This document shows, in pieces, positions 18,290 through 31,769 of a stretch of 64,000 nt of DNA (its first letter is position 1; each line of letters starts with the position of its first letter). Below the pieces are notes generated by a model, which searched no databases, was not told the DNA's origin, and saw only the letters and a list, made by a program, of their open reading frames with translations. A program made the translations under genes and the position numbers. This stretch comes from the human T2T-CHM13v2.0 reference genome, Homo sapiens. Location: NCBI RefSeq assembly GCF_009914755.1, contig NC_060925.1. One strand, given 5' to 3'.

Positions 18290-18725
18290 TCTGTTGGAAT
18301 AATGGTTCTGGGTGGTCTTATCTGCCAGCCCCTCCCAGGAGCCATGCCATACCTCTTCCTTCTTGCAGGTGCGTCATTGATGCCCTAGCATGGGTCACCT
18401 TGGGAACTGCTCTGCACGCATATCCATGCATCCTACATTTGTTGAAGAGTTAATACCCATAGGGCCATCCTTGATCAATGGACTATGGGTGTGATGGTTA
18501 AATGTTTCTCTAGGACAGTTTGCAGATGCTTCTCACAGGGCTCCTGGGAAGGACTGGCGGGGTAGAGCCCCACTTGCCTTTCACAGTGGCTCTTTCTTGT
18601 GTTGGCTTTCTCTGCCTCCCTGTTTTCACTCTTGCCCATCACTCCTCTCCCTGAAATCATTGCCTGAATAGCCCATGCAGACTTTTGTCTCAGGTTCTGC
18701 ATCCAGGGGGAATCAGGCTAAGATA
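18290..18725. mobile_element. Probable ancient ERVL LTR (LTR16-like)
   Basis: GAGTTAATACCCATAGGG...TCTCAGGTTCTGCATCCAGGGGGAATCAGGCTAAGA resembles LTR16 termini. Confidence 0.4.
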
Positions 18726-18927
18726 GCATCATTAGAAAAAAAGTCTAAAACTCCTATGAGAGGGATGCTAATTGCTTATTTACCCAAATCCCACAGCTCA
18801 GCTGAATAGCAGGTAAAGCAAGATTAGTTTATCTTAAATAAATATCATTTTGGGACTCATTGACTTCTCTGCCTCTGCAACGTATCCTCTTCCTTCAACT
18901 GTTTCTCCTTCTTCTAGTTCTCCCCAT

Positions 18928-19065
18928 CTTTTTTTTTTTTTTTTTTTTTTTTAAGAGATGGGGTCGCACTATGGGTTGGCCAGACTGGTGTTGAACTCCT
19001 GGCTTCAAGCAATCCTTTAAATCTCCAGAGTTTTGGGATTACAGGTGTGAGCCACTGTGCCTGGC
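18928..19065 (-). mobile_element. Alu monomer (FLAM-like)
   Basis: Poly-T followed by a single antisense Alu arm. Confidence 0.75.
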
Positions 19066-19749
19066 CCTGTGTATCTCCATACCAATGACCATTCATCTCC
19101 CTTCCCTCTTTGTTTTGTCTAATCTCTGGTCCTTCATCTCTTTCCACTTCATCCTCTTTCTGTCTCCTTTATGCCTTTGCTTTTTGTTTTTCGTGATTCC
19201 TCTTATCTTCTTCCCTTTCTGATTGCTGGTAAACACAGTTGACAGTCAACCTAGCTTGTATGACACTTGAATCCCATGGCTTTGCTCTCCTTGCATTGTC
19301 TCACAAACAGGGGAGCGAAAGGTGGGATTAGATTGTGTGCTGCCCCACACTAAGGATTCTGAAGGGTTTGCTAAGTAACGATGGGATCCCATGAATGTGA
19401 AAGAATTAGTGAGTGAAAGGTATGCAGAGGGATGATGGGGCTTTGACATCCCCTATAGCCACAAAAATCCAGAGTTGGCTCTAGATACTCGTCCTGGGTG
19501 TGTGGACCCCTCAGCCCAATCTTCTCTCCCCAGTTTCTGTTCTTTAGCTGGATTGTGGAAGTTTATGCATTCCCAGGATGGAAAATCGAACCTGGAGAGG
19601 AGCTGGGAGACCTACAGAGAAATCTGAGTCCTCGTTGCTTCCCCCGCCCGGGATAATGCAAAGCAAGGCCAGGTCTCTGTGGAGGTGACTTGTTTTGCTT
19701 TTCTATAAAACCACCCAAACATGTGCATTTGTTCACAATTCAAATCCAG

Positions 19750-19755
19750 TTTATT
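19750..19755 (-). terminator. SLC26A9: Distal polyadenylation signal of SLC26A9
   Basis: AATAAA on the minus strand, followed by a GU-rich downstream element (ATGTTTGGGTGGTTTT). Confidence 0.85.
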
Positions 19756-21571
19756 ACCAAAATGAACAAAAGGAGAATGAGGCTTAAATTAAATAAATTA
19801 TGCAAATATCTCAAGAGATAAGGTTCCCAGTCCTCCCTGGGAATTATATTATCACAGGTCAGTATCACTAAGAACATTCAAAAGCATTGAAATTCTGGAT
19901 TATTTCACTACTTTGCCTCCATCTTTCCTGCTTCAACCAGGTCCAGAAGAGTGTTCTTTTCCAAATATTCCAGCAGAGATGTTTTCTTCAATGTCTTCCC
20001 TCTGCCTCATGTGTTTCCAATCTTACCTCCACAGCGGGCTCTGCAACCCTCAGACATGTGGCAGATCTCTCCCTGAGCCTCAACTCCAGGTCACTGGGTC
20101 AACAATCTCCTTCAGTTCTGAGGCTGGTCTGGGGGTTAATGATTACTTGGGGGTTAAGGATCACTTCATCAAGTCCTCAGGGGATCTAGATACTTGGTTC
20201 AAAGGGGACTCTGACTTGGAAATTCCTGAGGCTCTGTGACCTTCTCCCACCTCCTGGGCCTGAGCTGGACTTGGAAGGAGGTGGAGTAGGGGAGAGTGAG
20301 TTGTCATTGGCTAAGGCTCTTGTCCTCCTGGAATTTGGCACTTCGGGTGCTGGGCACGGTGAATCCCAGATAACATTGTCCTTCGCCTTCCAAGTTTTGA
20401 GTTCCATTGGCAGCCAGATGGCATAATGAATTCACAGAAAAGCAATGCTCCTGGGCCAAGAATGTGTTGGCTCTTGGCCAGCACCCCCTCCTTTAACTCT
20501 AAGAAGACTTGTTAGCTGACCAGCTCACTCAACACACAGACACACAACGCAGGTCTGGCTGAAGTTAGAAATGGGGATGTTTTCCTAGGCTGGGCCAGCC
20601 CAACCTGTTAGGGAAGGGGTTGTTAAGCTGAAGAAGCTTGAGAAAAGCAGTGATGAGAGGCCAGAAGATTTTCTGTGCATTTCCACTGAAATTTTACAAA
20701 ACACTTACACATGGAACCTATTTATTTTCAAGTCAACAGTAGGGTTCCTCTCAATACCTCCTTGTACATATGGAAAACTTAACCCCTATTTTCATCTTCA
20801 TAGGAGAAGATGGCCTGAGGTCCTAAGGGTGTTAAAGAGTCTTCCTGTGCAGGAAGACCCAATCTGGATCAGCCCCTTTCCACATCTGCATGCAGTTAGG
20901 GGATGTAGCGGATCCCTGGAGGACTTCCACCTTTGCCTACAGAAGGACCCCATTGTGTCTCTGGGCCACAGGCTGATAAGGAAGAGTTAACATGATTGGC
21001 TCTTTGCCAGGTAAAGAAGGATAAGGCAGATTTACCAAAGGGAGGCATTTCCCTGATGGGCCCTGGGGTCAAGGGGGACTGTCTGGGCCCAGGTCCCATC
21101 CGTTTTCCCTGTGTTGGTACTAGCACCCTCTTCCCCTCTGAGTCTCTGGGTGCAAAGAGGAATTCCCAAAAGTTTTGTGCAGAATAACTGGTATCTATTA
21201 CTAGGATGCCAGATGATTCTGCCAGCTACCCATCCCCCTCTTTGGGGTTTCTAGCCAGCCTCCAGGGGAAGGGAGCAGCCTCTGAGGGCAGTGATGTTTC
21301 AGGAGGCTGAGGCAGAACCTTAGTGGGCTGTCCCCGGGGAGGTAGCTCTGGTGGTCTCGACGGTCCTGGCCACTGTCCAGGCTAGAGTCTGATGTGCTTG
21401 CTGACAGCAGTGGTGGTTTGGGCAGCCTTGGGGATGATGGAGGGGGGGCGCATAGTTACCAAGGCCTAGACTCCTGGGTGTGGAGAGCACATGGTCCCTG
21501 GGTGCAGAGCTGCCAGAGACAGAGTTGAGGCAGCTGGGGAAGGCAAGCCAGAGTCCTAACCAAGTTTATCC

Positions 21572-21863
21572 CTATGTCCGTGACAGCCTGACACCATCTG
21601 ACACCGAGCCGTGTGGGCTCTGGGACACTTTTTGAAGCTTGTACAGCAGGCCAGCACAGTTGTACTTGTCCTTCTGTTTTTGGCTCACTCGTAAAAGCTG
21701 GAAGTCAAGGTGTCCTTCAGCTGCCAAGGACAGGGCAGAGGTGGGTGGGGTGGAGTGAGCAGGAGGCTTGTCCATTGCGGCCAGGGCCTGACGGGTGAAG
21801 AGTGGGCTCACCAGACTCTCACTCCTGTAAGGGTAGCACCCCCCTGCTGCTGAGAGGCTCTCT
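21572..21863 (-). CDS. SLC26A9: SLC26A9 alternative C-terminal extension (887-aa isoform)
   Basis: Donor GCCCT|GTGAG at 22041/22040 joins a pyrimidine-rich ctccag|AGAG acceptor. This gives ...TAL-ESLSAAGG...RLSRT*, adding 96 aa (791+96=887). Confidence 0.85.
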
Positions 21864-22036
21864 CTGGAGATGCGGGGAGGGAAGGAAGGGAGGAGAGAGG
21901 GGGAGAGGAGAGAGGAACCCAAGCTCTGGGGGATGCACTTTCCTCCGCCCGACACCCCCTGTGACCCCAGGCTCATCCTTTATGGAAGTCCCAAGTGCCA
22001 GGCACTCTGTAGGCAGCATGAGGACTGGCTGAGCCC

Positions 22037-22084
22037 TCACAGGGCGGTCAGGGTCTCTGCGTGAAACATGCTCCCGAACATCTC
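22037..22084 (-). CDS. SLC26A9: SLC26A9 exon 21 coding part (EMFGSMFHAETLTAL*)
   Basis: ctgcag acceptor, 48 nt, TGA at 22039-22037. Ends in a class I PDZ ligand (T-A-L). Confidence 0.95.
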   Translation of the reverse strand, partial: EMFGSMFHAETLTAL

Positions 22085-22198
22085 CTGCAGGAACCACAGG
22101 AAGGAAGTGGGAGGGGAAGAGAGAGGTTAGACCAGTTGGGGTCACAGTGGCTGCAACCAAGAGGTGACCCTAGGAACCCCTGGCCAGAACAAAGCACC

Positions 22199-22234
22199 TG
22201 TGTGTGTGTGTGTGTGTGTGCGAGAGTGTGTGTG
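22199..22234. repeat. (TG)n/(CA)n microsatellite in intron 20
   Basis: Seen directly in the sequence. Confidence 0.9.
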
Positions 22235-22765
22235 AACAGGGGAGAGGCAGGGTCAGCCTAGGAGGTGAACCAGTCCAGCGTGGCAGGAGCAGGTGCTGAA
22301 ATCTACATGTGAATCACCTCCTGTGTGCTGTGTGACCTTCCACGTGTCCCTCGCCCCCTAATAGCTTCACTTTCCTCATTGGGTAAAATGAGGGTTGGCA
22401 GTAGACAAGCTCTGAAGTCCTTTCTCACGTTGATAAGCTATTTTGGTCCTATCCAGGCTTTTTGGAATGTGCTGGAGATTCCAAGAGGGCACCGAAATCA
22501 GTCTGCCAAATCTCTGTGGCTCCAGCTCTATTTTCTAATCTGTCCCACCTGCCATCAGCACTGTGAGAGACGGATTCAGAGCACCATGGAGCTCAATGTC
22601 AAAAAGAATGGGAAGAGGCACAAAGAGAGACACTACTTCTCATAGACCCAAAGCCAGATTTCTCCAAACCTAGTCATCTGGTTTCTTTTAATTCAGGGCA
22701 TTGGTGGGGTGGTGTTAATCCAGGGGCCCTATGGGGATGGTGATCCCTCATATCCACATATCTTT

Positions 22766-23082
<317 letters not shown>

Positions 23083-23428
23083 TAGTTCTTAAGGCTTGTC
23101 CACATGCAATAATAATTCATTTGTAGACCCAGAATCCATCTATTCTACCATAACGTAAGTTTCTAAAAGGCAGAGGCCTTTGTTTTGCTCACTGCTATGT
23201 GCCCATCCTGAACTGTGTCAGGCAAACAGTAGGTACGCCATAAATACCTGCTGAATTAATGAAAGAACAAGTGACTGCCCTGCCAATCTTGTGTGGTGGA
23301 TGGGACAGGTATTACCTATGTTTCCCCTAATTTCACAGATGATAAAAACTAGGGCCCAGGGTGTATGTGGCTTGCTCAGGGTCACGTGGGTGATGTGTTG
23401 GAGAATAAGAATAGATACTGGTTCTCTA

Positions 23429-24030
<602 letters not shown>

Positions 24031-25515
24031 CTGGAAGGGAGGAAGCCAGTGCAGAATGAGCTTCAGTGACTGAACAGCAAAGTTGGTGCATGGTGGCAGG
24101 AAAAGGGACAGGTGGCCGGCTCTGGTTGGACGCTGCTTCCTGACACATGACTTATCCTCTTGCCCCTTCCCTTACCTGCCTCACAAAAACAGCACGGCTG
24201 TGGTCTTCCCCCTTATACCAGACAGGTGTGTATCGCGGTCTTCCCTCCTTTGTGGGCCGTTAGAGGCAGGGAAGGTTTTACTCAGCTTAGAAAAACTATT
24301 GGCTAGCTGCCTGACCTTGGGGAATTCCTGTCCTCCTGGGAATATATTTTCTAATCTGTTAAAGTCTGATAACCAGCCTCACTTTGCCTGCTTTGTCCCT
24401 CACAATGCTGTTGAAAAGGTGTGTGTTTATGTGTGTGATTTGTATCTGTGAATGGTCTATAATATGTAAGTATATATTATATAAAATATAAATTATTTAT
24501 AAGTCTATGACTAATCAAGTATACATACCAACTAGAGTAGCTGAACATGATTAGGGCACTAACAACTAATGCAGCTTCCTCCAGAATCTCCCTCTTTGCT
24601 CTGCGGACAAATTCACGAAGCAGGAAAGCCCGTTGTTTCCCCAGGGTTTCCCTCTAGGCATGGAGGGCAGGAGCCAGCGCCCTGTGTGTTCCTGGGCAGT
24701 CTTTCAGCACTTAGAACAGATGGTTTCACCTTCATCAGTCTCTTAAGGCAAAGAGCAAATCATTGCTCTAGGGCCAGAATAGCCTTTCTTATGACCCACA
24801 GAGGGCAGGGGAGGTTTTTACCCAGGGCTGGGGCACAACAAGAGTCTTGGGAGGCCAAGGGCAGGAGCTGAGCTGGGAGGGGACCCTGAGGGCTAGAGAT
24901 GACTGGGGATCTGGGCAGGGACCCCAAGGAGGTAGGCTTTTTCTGACTCCCCAGTCTTCTGGAGTTTTAGATGGTGTTATTTGTATCCCATTTGTAACTT
25001 ACTGAGCTAGTAAATTAAATGTCAAAAAGCTGAGACAAAACTCAGACCCAATCTCTTTATCCCTCACCAGCCTGAAATCTCTAAGCTCCGGTAAGTTAAA
25101 ATGGGTAGGCTTACTCCCCTCCCCTCCCTTCCCGAAAGCCCCCTTTAGAAAGAGATGAGGAGGAGGCAGGGAACGATGCCAGCAGAGTGGGCCTGCTCTA
25201 CTATGCTTTGGGTGTTTGTGCAACCAGAAAACTTATATTGATAAAGAATTTTTACAATACACAAAGTGCTTTCAAGTGACACAAAAGATGTAATTATCAT
25301 TTAACCCTAAAACAAAATAAAAGAAAAATGCAGAGAGGTAGGTAATGTTAGTTGATGGTGCTCATTCTATAGATAAGGAAACAGATTCAGAAAACTGAAA
25401 TGGCAGACTTGATATTGGAACTTAAACCTTCTCCTGTGTTCTTTCTAATAATGCCTCTTGGTCCTGCTATTTCAGTGCCTTGGAGCCTAGGATTCCCCAG
25501 GTGCAAGAACCTTAC

Positions 25516-25661
25516 CCCTTGGAAGTTGTGTCCTGGGGTCACGTCTCTAGCATTTGCCTGGGCAAAGAGGACTGCGTCATGTATGCTGGGAAAGACGTGC
25601 TTGCATTCTAGACTCCCATCCTCAAAGACGCCTCCATGGCTAATGTCATTGTACACCTGGG
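25516..25661 (-). CDS. SLC26A9: SLC26A9 exon 19 (QVYNDISHGG...PGHNFQG), STAS
   Basis: ttctag / GTAAG boundaries, 146 nt. Confidence 0.95.
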
Positions 25662-26851
25662 CTAGAAGGAGAAAAGATCACCTTCAGAAAGATAACAGCC
25701 ATTGTGGATTGGAGCTGGGGGTGGGGAAGATAGTGAGACCAGAGCAGGGATGGGAGAGGCCTGAGGTCCCAGCTCTTGCTGTATCTGAGGGCCATGGCAT
25801 TGGCAGTGCAATATCAGTTCTGGACGGCAGAGGGCAACATGAACTTGAGGATGCTGAAGTTTCAACCCAGAGCAGAAGGAAGCAGTTTGATTTAGGGAGT
25901 CAGTACTTTGTGGTGATTCGAGTGGAAAAGCCTAAGCCATCCTTGAAGAGGCCGCTGCCAGTTCTATCCCCCAAGGACCCATCCTTCCTCTTGTTTTCCC
26001 AGACCTTTCCAGCAACTTCCAATGTGTGGCATTGGAAGTTTGTGTGGATTACTCTTAATCCTAGAGATGGTTTCCTGAGGGGGTGTCCAGTGAGGTTGGG
26101 GAGAATCCACTGCTTCTAACTCCAGAACATATCATAGCAGGTCATTGCCACTGCAGATTCTCTCCCCGAACGTGGCCATGCGGAGCTTGGGAACTGCAGC
26201 CCTGCTGGAGGGGGTCTGACCCAGTGCAGGGAGCTGGGTGTGTGTGTATGTGCCCCTTCACATTCTCCTGTGTGTCTGTGTGCACTTGCTCCCACATCTC
26301 TGCACTTTGCGTACATGCTAGTCATGTAAATGTCTGCTGCCCTGTGGCCACGTCCTTGAGGCTGTGTATATGCACCCTTTGGAGGCTGTATGCCTACAAA
26401 ACTGCATATTTATATGTTCCCTGGGGAATTAGGGTACCGTGTGCTCTATGCCTATATCGATTCACAGAGTTTCTGATTGGGAGAGGATCCCCAAATCCAT
26501 CTAGTCAACCCTCTCGTTTTACATAGGTAGAAATAGATCCCTTGAGAGATAAAGTGACTCGGCCAAGGATACGTGGCAAATTAGTTATGGGGTAGATTAG
26601 AATCCTAGCTGTCCTTCTGTAACTCCATGACCTCCTCACCCCCACTCTGTCACTAAGGCCCCTAGGATGTTTATGCAATCTGACCAGTCTCTTTGGACTT
26701 GTACCTGAAGCTTTTATGAGCAGGCAGCAGCTTGTGGGGGATAGCTGGGTGCTCTCGTTTCCAACCTCCTCACTATTCAGACCCCACCAACCTGTTCCTA
26801 CCCCACACTCCTTGCCAGTCTTTCAGTCCCTAAATGTCCTCTTTCTCTTAC

Positions 26852-26906
26852 CATGGATGTTCACCAAGAAGACCTTCACGCCGATCTTCCCATAGGTGGA
26901 GCTCAG
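26852..26906 (-). CDS. SLC26A9: SLC26A9 exon 18 (LSSTYGKIGVKVFLVNIH), STAS
   Basis: ttctag / GTAAG boundaries, 55 nt. Confidence 0.95.
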
Positions 26907-27175
26907 CTAGAAGTGTTGTTGGGGTAGGGAGGCAAAAGGAAAGGAATGTTCTGAGTGGGTCTCAAAAGTGATTCACAAAACGTACTTCAGAGGGGAAGCC
27001 AAACAAATAAGCAACCCTGAGAGCCCAGCAGCCAAAGACAAAAATAGCAGCAAAGCACACCACTTCTCCCTGGAGTGTTGGCTGACGGTTTCTCTGGGAA
27101 GTGGAGCGGAAATGGACTTTTGCCAACGTGGCGGGCACTTAAAGTCACCATGGCCCCTTCTTGTGGGGCTAGATA

Positions 27176-27473
27176 TTTTCTTTTTTTTTCTTTTGAGATG
27201 GAGTTTCACTCTGTTGCCCAGGCTGGAGTGCAGTGGCGCGATCTTGGCTCACTGCAACCTCCGCCTCCTGGGTTCAAGCAATTCTCTGCCTCAGCCTACC
27301 GAGTAGCTGGGACTACAGGGGCCCGTCACCACACCTGGCTAATTTTTGTATTTTTAGTAGAGGCGGGGTTTCACCATGTTGGCCAGGCTGGTCTTGAACT
27401 CCTGACCTTGTGATCCACCTGCCTTGGCCTCCCAAAGTGCTGGGATTACAGGAGTGAGCCACCACGCCCGGCT
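27176..27473 (-). mobile_element. AluS (intron 17)
   Basis: Antisense Alu with a poly-T head. Confidence 0.9.
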
Positions 27474-28241
27474 GATCTTTTCTTTCAGTAGCTTAGATTC
27501 TCAGACTTCTTTGTGGCTTCAGACAGAAGCTGCAGGGGAGGATGGAGGCTCAGGGAGTCTAGAGCTTCAGCCAAGGCTGGCCTGGACTCCAGATCCTGGC
27601 TAAGGAAGCCGGCTGAGGCCCAAGGCTGGGTATGGGGCCTGCCCTGCGCCTGGTTGATGGTGAAGGCAGTCCGAACACTCTCTGTGCCCATTGTTCCCCT
27701 GGCTTGCCTCTATCTGAGCCAGCTCTGAGGTTTGCTGACTCCCGCCATTGGCGGTGGCTGCTGGAAAGTTATCAGATGGATACATTCATTCAAGGTGTCC
27801 CGTGGGCTCTCTGTTTGGCCTGATGGTGTGGGGCACTGGTATTATTTCTTCTCCTGTCCTAGGGTGGCTGGTGAATGAGGGACAAGGGCAGCAGATCATG
27901 AACCAGGAGCCAAACTGGACCCTCCTCAGAGAACCTGGGTGGGTTCCTGATGGCTGAGAGGGACTTGGGATGGCCACTGCTGGGGGTGTTGGGAGCACAG
28001 GGGCCTGAAACTCTGGTAGACTTGTCCCGCCACTCATTGTCATGGGCCGTCTGGGCCTGCTCTGTGGAGAATGTCTCAACCTGGTGGCGTCTGGGGAAAG
28101 GAGGGATTCCTAGGAGCTGTTAGTCTCCCCAGTGAGCTTCCTCCCTCAGCTTCCTGAAATGAGGGCTCCCAGGAAAGGGAATGTGGAGAGCAGAGCGGAG
28201 GGGGTGGAGTGGGTGGTGCTTGCTGTCCCCGAGGGCCTCAC

Positions 28242-28523
28242 CTTGGCCAGGGCCTTGATGCCCATCAAGTCCACGAAGCTGACTCCACTCATGTCCAGGA
28301 TGAGGGTGTGGAAGGTGACGAAGGGTGGGACGCTGGCCAGCATGTCACTGGGCTCGCCGGGGGCCTCAGCGGAGGCTGGTGGCTCACTCTGGGCAGGTGA
28401 GGAGCTGTCAGGGCTGAAGGTGATATAGGACACGCTGGTGCCGTTAGCCGGGGTCTGGTTGTTGTTGGGGTCGGTGGGGGGCGCATTCTCAAAGTCCTGC
28501 TGCAGCTCCTGCAGGGAGACAGT
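28242..28523 (-). CDS. SLC26A9: SLC26A9 exon 17 (TVSLQELQQDF...ILDMSGVSFVDLMGIKALAK), STAS intervening sequence and core
   Basis: ttccag / GTGAG boundaries, 282 nt. Contains the STAS motif DMSGVSFVD. Confidence 0.96.
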
Positions 28524-28645
28524 CTGGAAGGGTGGGGACAGTGGGCAGAGTCAGGGACCACCAGACTGAGCCAGACCTTGCTGTGACTGAAGCAGGGGCA
28601 TGGAGGGTGTAGGTGTAGGGGAATAACTCGCCTCGGTGATGGTGA

Positions 28646-29098
<453 letters not shown>

Positions 29099-29214
29099 AT
29101 TACTGCCATGGCCACCCCAGCCTTGCTAGCCCTGGGCTGCCTGGGTTCCCCAGGAAATTCACTGCTGTTCCCCCTCTGGGTTGCTCAAAAGTCCATGGGC
29201 CATGTCCTATCTTA

Positions 29215-29753
<539 letters not shown>

Positions 29754-29757
29754 TCAC

Positions 29758-29871
29758 CTTGGTTTTCATGAATAGAGACCTCCTCTGTTGTGTGGGCCTC
29801 ATTCTCCGCTTCTCCTGCTTCTTGAGGTATTTTTGCTTGGCTAGTAATACTTTCTGGGGGTCCATGCCTGT
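29758..29871 (-). CDS. SLC26A9: SLC26A9 exon 16 (TGMDPQKVLLAK...SLFMKTK)
   Basis: ctgcag / GTGAA boundaries, 114 nt. Confidence 0.95.
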
Positions 29872-30010
29872 CTGCAGGGAGAGAGCCAACAGCAATCTTG
29901 ACCTCCACCCTCTATGGGAGTGGCCTATTCTCAGCTCCCACCGCCCTTCTGCTTCCATTTTCCGGCCACTCTCTGTCCAGAGCCTCTGGTCGCCAGGGAC
30001 TGAGCCTTAC

Positions 30011-30103
30011 CTTGGCGATGACCTTTTGCCTGAAGATCTCTGAGTTGGCAAAGTAGAGAGGGGAGCAGTACGTGATGATTTTAATCCCCTGGATATCCTG
30101 GGC
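30011..30103 (-). CDS. SLC26A9: SLC26A9 exon 15 (AQDIQGIKIITYCSPLYFANSEIFRQKVIAK)
   Basis: cacag / GTAAG boundaries, 93 nt. Contains the SLC26 motif PLYFAN. Confidence 0.96.
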
Positions 30104-30219
30104 CTGTGACAGGGAGACTGAGCTCAAGTTGCAGAAATGTCTTTATTGGCTTTAAAAAGCAACCTCTTCTTGGGGTGGTGCAGAGCAAAAGAAGGAGGTC
30201 ATAAGCTTGAATTACCTAC

Positions 30220-30289
30220 CCTATTATAGGTCTTGGGATTCACATAAATGTCAGTGTCCATGACCTGGGCCAGTGCATAGCCATTTCGA
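30220..30289 (-). CDS. SLC26A9: SLC26A9 exon 14 (RNGYALAQVMDTDIYVNPKTYNR)
   Basis: tccag / GTAGGT boundaries, 70 nt. Confidence 0.95.
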
Positions 30290-31058
30290 CTGGATGAAGC
30301 AGGAAGAGAAAAACATAAGAGAATGCTAATGGCACATGGGCCTGGAAGGGTGCCCCTGCTGGGGCGGGGGCAGAGCCAAGGTAGGATGGGGTCCTGTCCT
30401 CACCCCCAGACTTGCTGTGTCTGTCTTTTTGCACTGGAGACACATGTCTGGTGGCCTGTGGCCTCCTATAACTATGAGGATGACAGGCAGGTCCTTGACA
30501 TAGCTCCCAGACCACAGGGCAGGGGAGAGAAGTGGTGGGAGAAGTGGTGGGAGTCGCCCTGAAGTCATCATTTCCTTGTTCTGAGTTCTCAAGAAGAGAA
30601 GATAGGATTCCCCCAACATTCAGCGTACTCCCTGCCTTGGCCAAGACCCCTTCTCTGTAATACTCCCAGTGTGTAGAACACAGCTTCTGTCTTCCACCCT
30701 GGCGCTCTCCTGGGGTGGGGTCCCATTTGGTTTGGGGTTCTGGCAATGTCTTTGGAAGGATGTTGAATCTCACCACCTGCCCTTGCCCTCCTTTCTCTGC
30801 CACTGCCCTCTCCCCAGCCATCCCCAGCAAGAGTATGCTGGCTTTCTCTGGGGTTTTCAAGATATGGGAAGTCAAACAGCCCAGACTGTGCCCACAGTCC
30901 TGGCTGGGTTGGGCTCTCTTTGGGCCTGGCAGCACCTCCAGTGCCAGGCCCAGAGGTGGAAGGTACAGTGGACTAAGCCAGGCCGTGGCATGGAAGCCCT
31001 TTGCGGGCTGGCCCAGGGAACCGACTGTGGGCCTAGGAGGGCGGAAGCTATCACTTAC

Positions 31059-31165
31059 AACTGAGTCTGGAAGACCACGACCAGGACGGAGAAGGCGACA
31101 CCCACTGCCACACCATAGGGCAGGCTGAGGAAGAAGGAGGAGAGGAAGCTCACTACCCAGATGCA
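31059..31165 (-). CDS. SLC26A9: SLC26A9 exon 13 (CIWVVSFLSSFF...VVFQTQ)
   Basis: tcacag / GTAAGT boundaries, 107 nt. Confidence 0.95.
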
Positions 31166-31469
31166 CTGTGAAAAGAGAGATGTCAAAAGCAGACCTGGGG
31201 AAAAAACAACCTCTTTCAGGAAGTCTTCCTGGATTAGCCAAGGCCATTCTCTGTTAGTACAACCTCAGAGCCTCTCTTCTCTTTTTTTTCTTTAAATAGC
31301 ATTTTTTGCAATATTTTATGTATTTGTGCTTTGGTTACACTTTCCTCTTTCCCTTAGATTGACTGTGGTTGCCTGATCTTGTCTGTGTTTTTAGTAGAAG
31401 CCCCAGCACACAGGGAGGTGGCATCTATAAGAGCATGCATCTTGGGTCAGATCTGTTTGGGTTCAAAAT

Positions 31470-31769
31470 GTGTTTGTTTGTTTGTTTTTGGAGTCACAGG
31501 GTCTTGCTCTGTTGCTCAGGCTGTAGTGCAGTGGCAAGATCAGCTCACTGGAGCCTCAAACCCTTGAACCCAAGTTGTGCTCCCGCCTAACCTTCCTGAA
31601 TAGTTAGGACTATAGGCACGTGCCACCACACCCAGCTAACTTTTTATTTTTCTAGAGACGGCTCTCGCTAAGCTGCCCAAGCTGACCTTGAAATCCTGAC
31701 TTCAAGCGATCCTCCTGCCTCAGCCCCCTAAAGTGCTAGATCACAGGTGTGAGTCAGCACACCCAGCCC
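31470..31769 (-). mobile_element. AluJ-like (intron 12)
   Basis: Diverged antisense Alu. Confidence 0.8.

Noticed and set aside
22512-22535. REST/NRSE-like motif (AGCACCATGGAG)
   Set aside because: It is only a partial match and the right half-site is missing.
25400-26119. 239-aa plus-strand ORF antisense to exon 19
   Set aside because: It has no recognisable homology or supporting gene structure, and begins in MIR-like sequence.
26200-26460. TG/CA-rich stretch in intron 18 as a structured ncRNA
   Set aside because: It looks like a degenerate dinucleotide repeat and has no recognisable RNA family motif.
30240-31247. 335-aa minus-strand ORF
   Set aside because: It runs through introns and across exons 13-14 in a non-coding frame, has no recognisable domain, and fits chance in GC-rich DNA.
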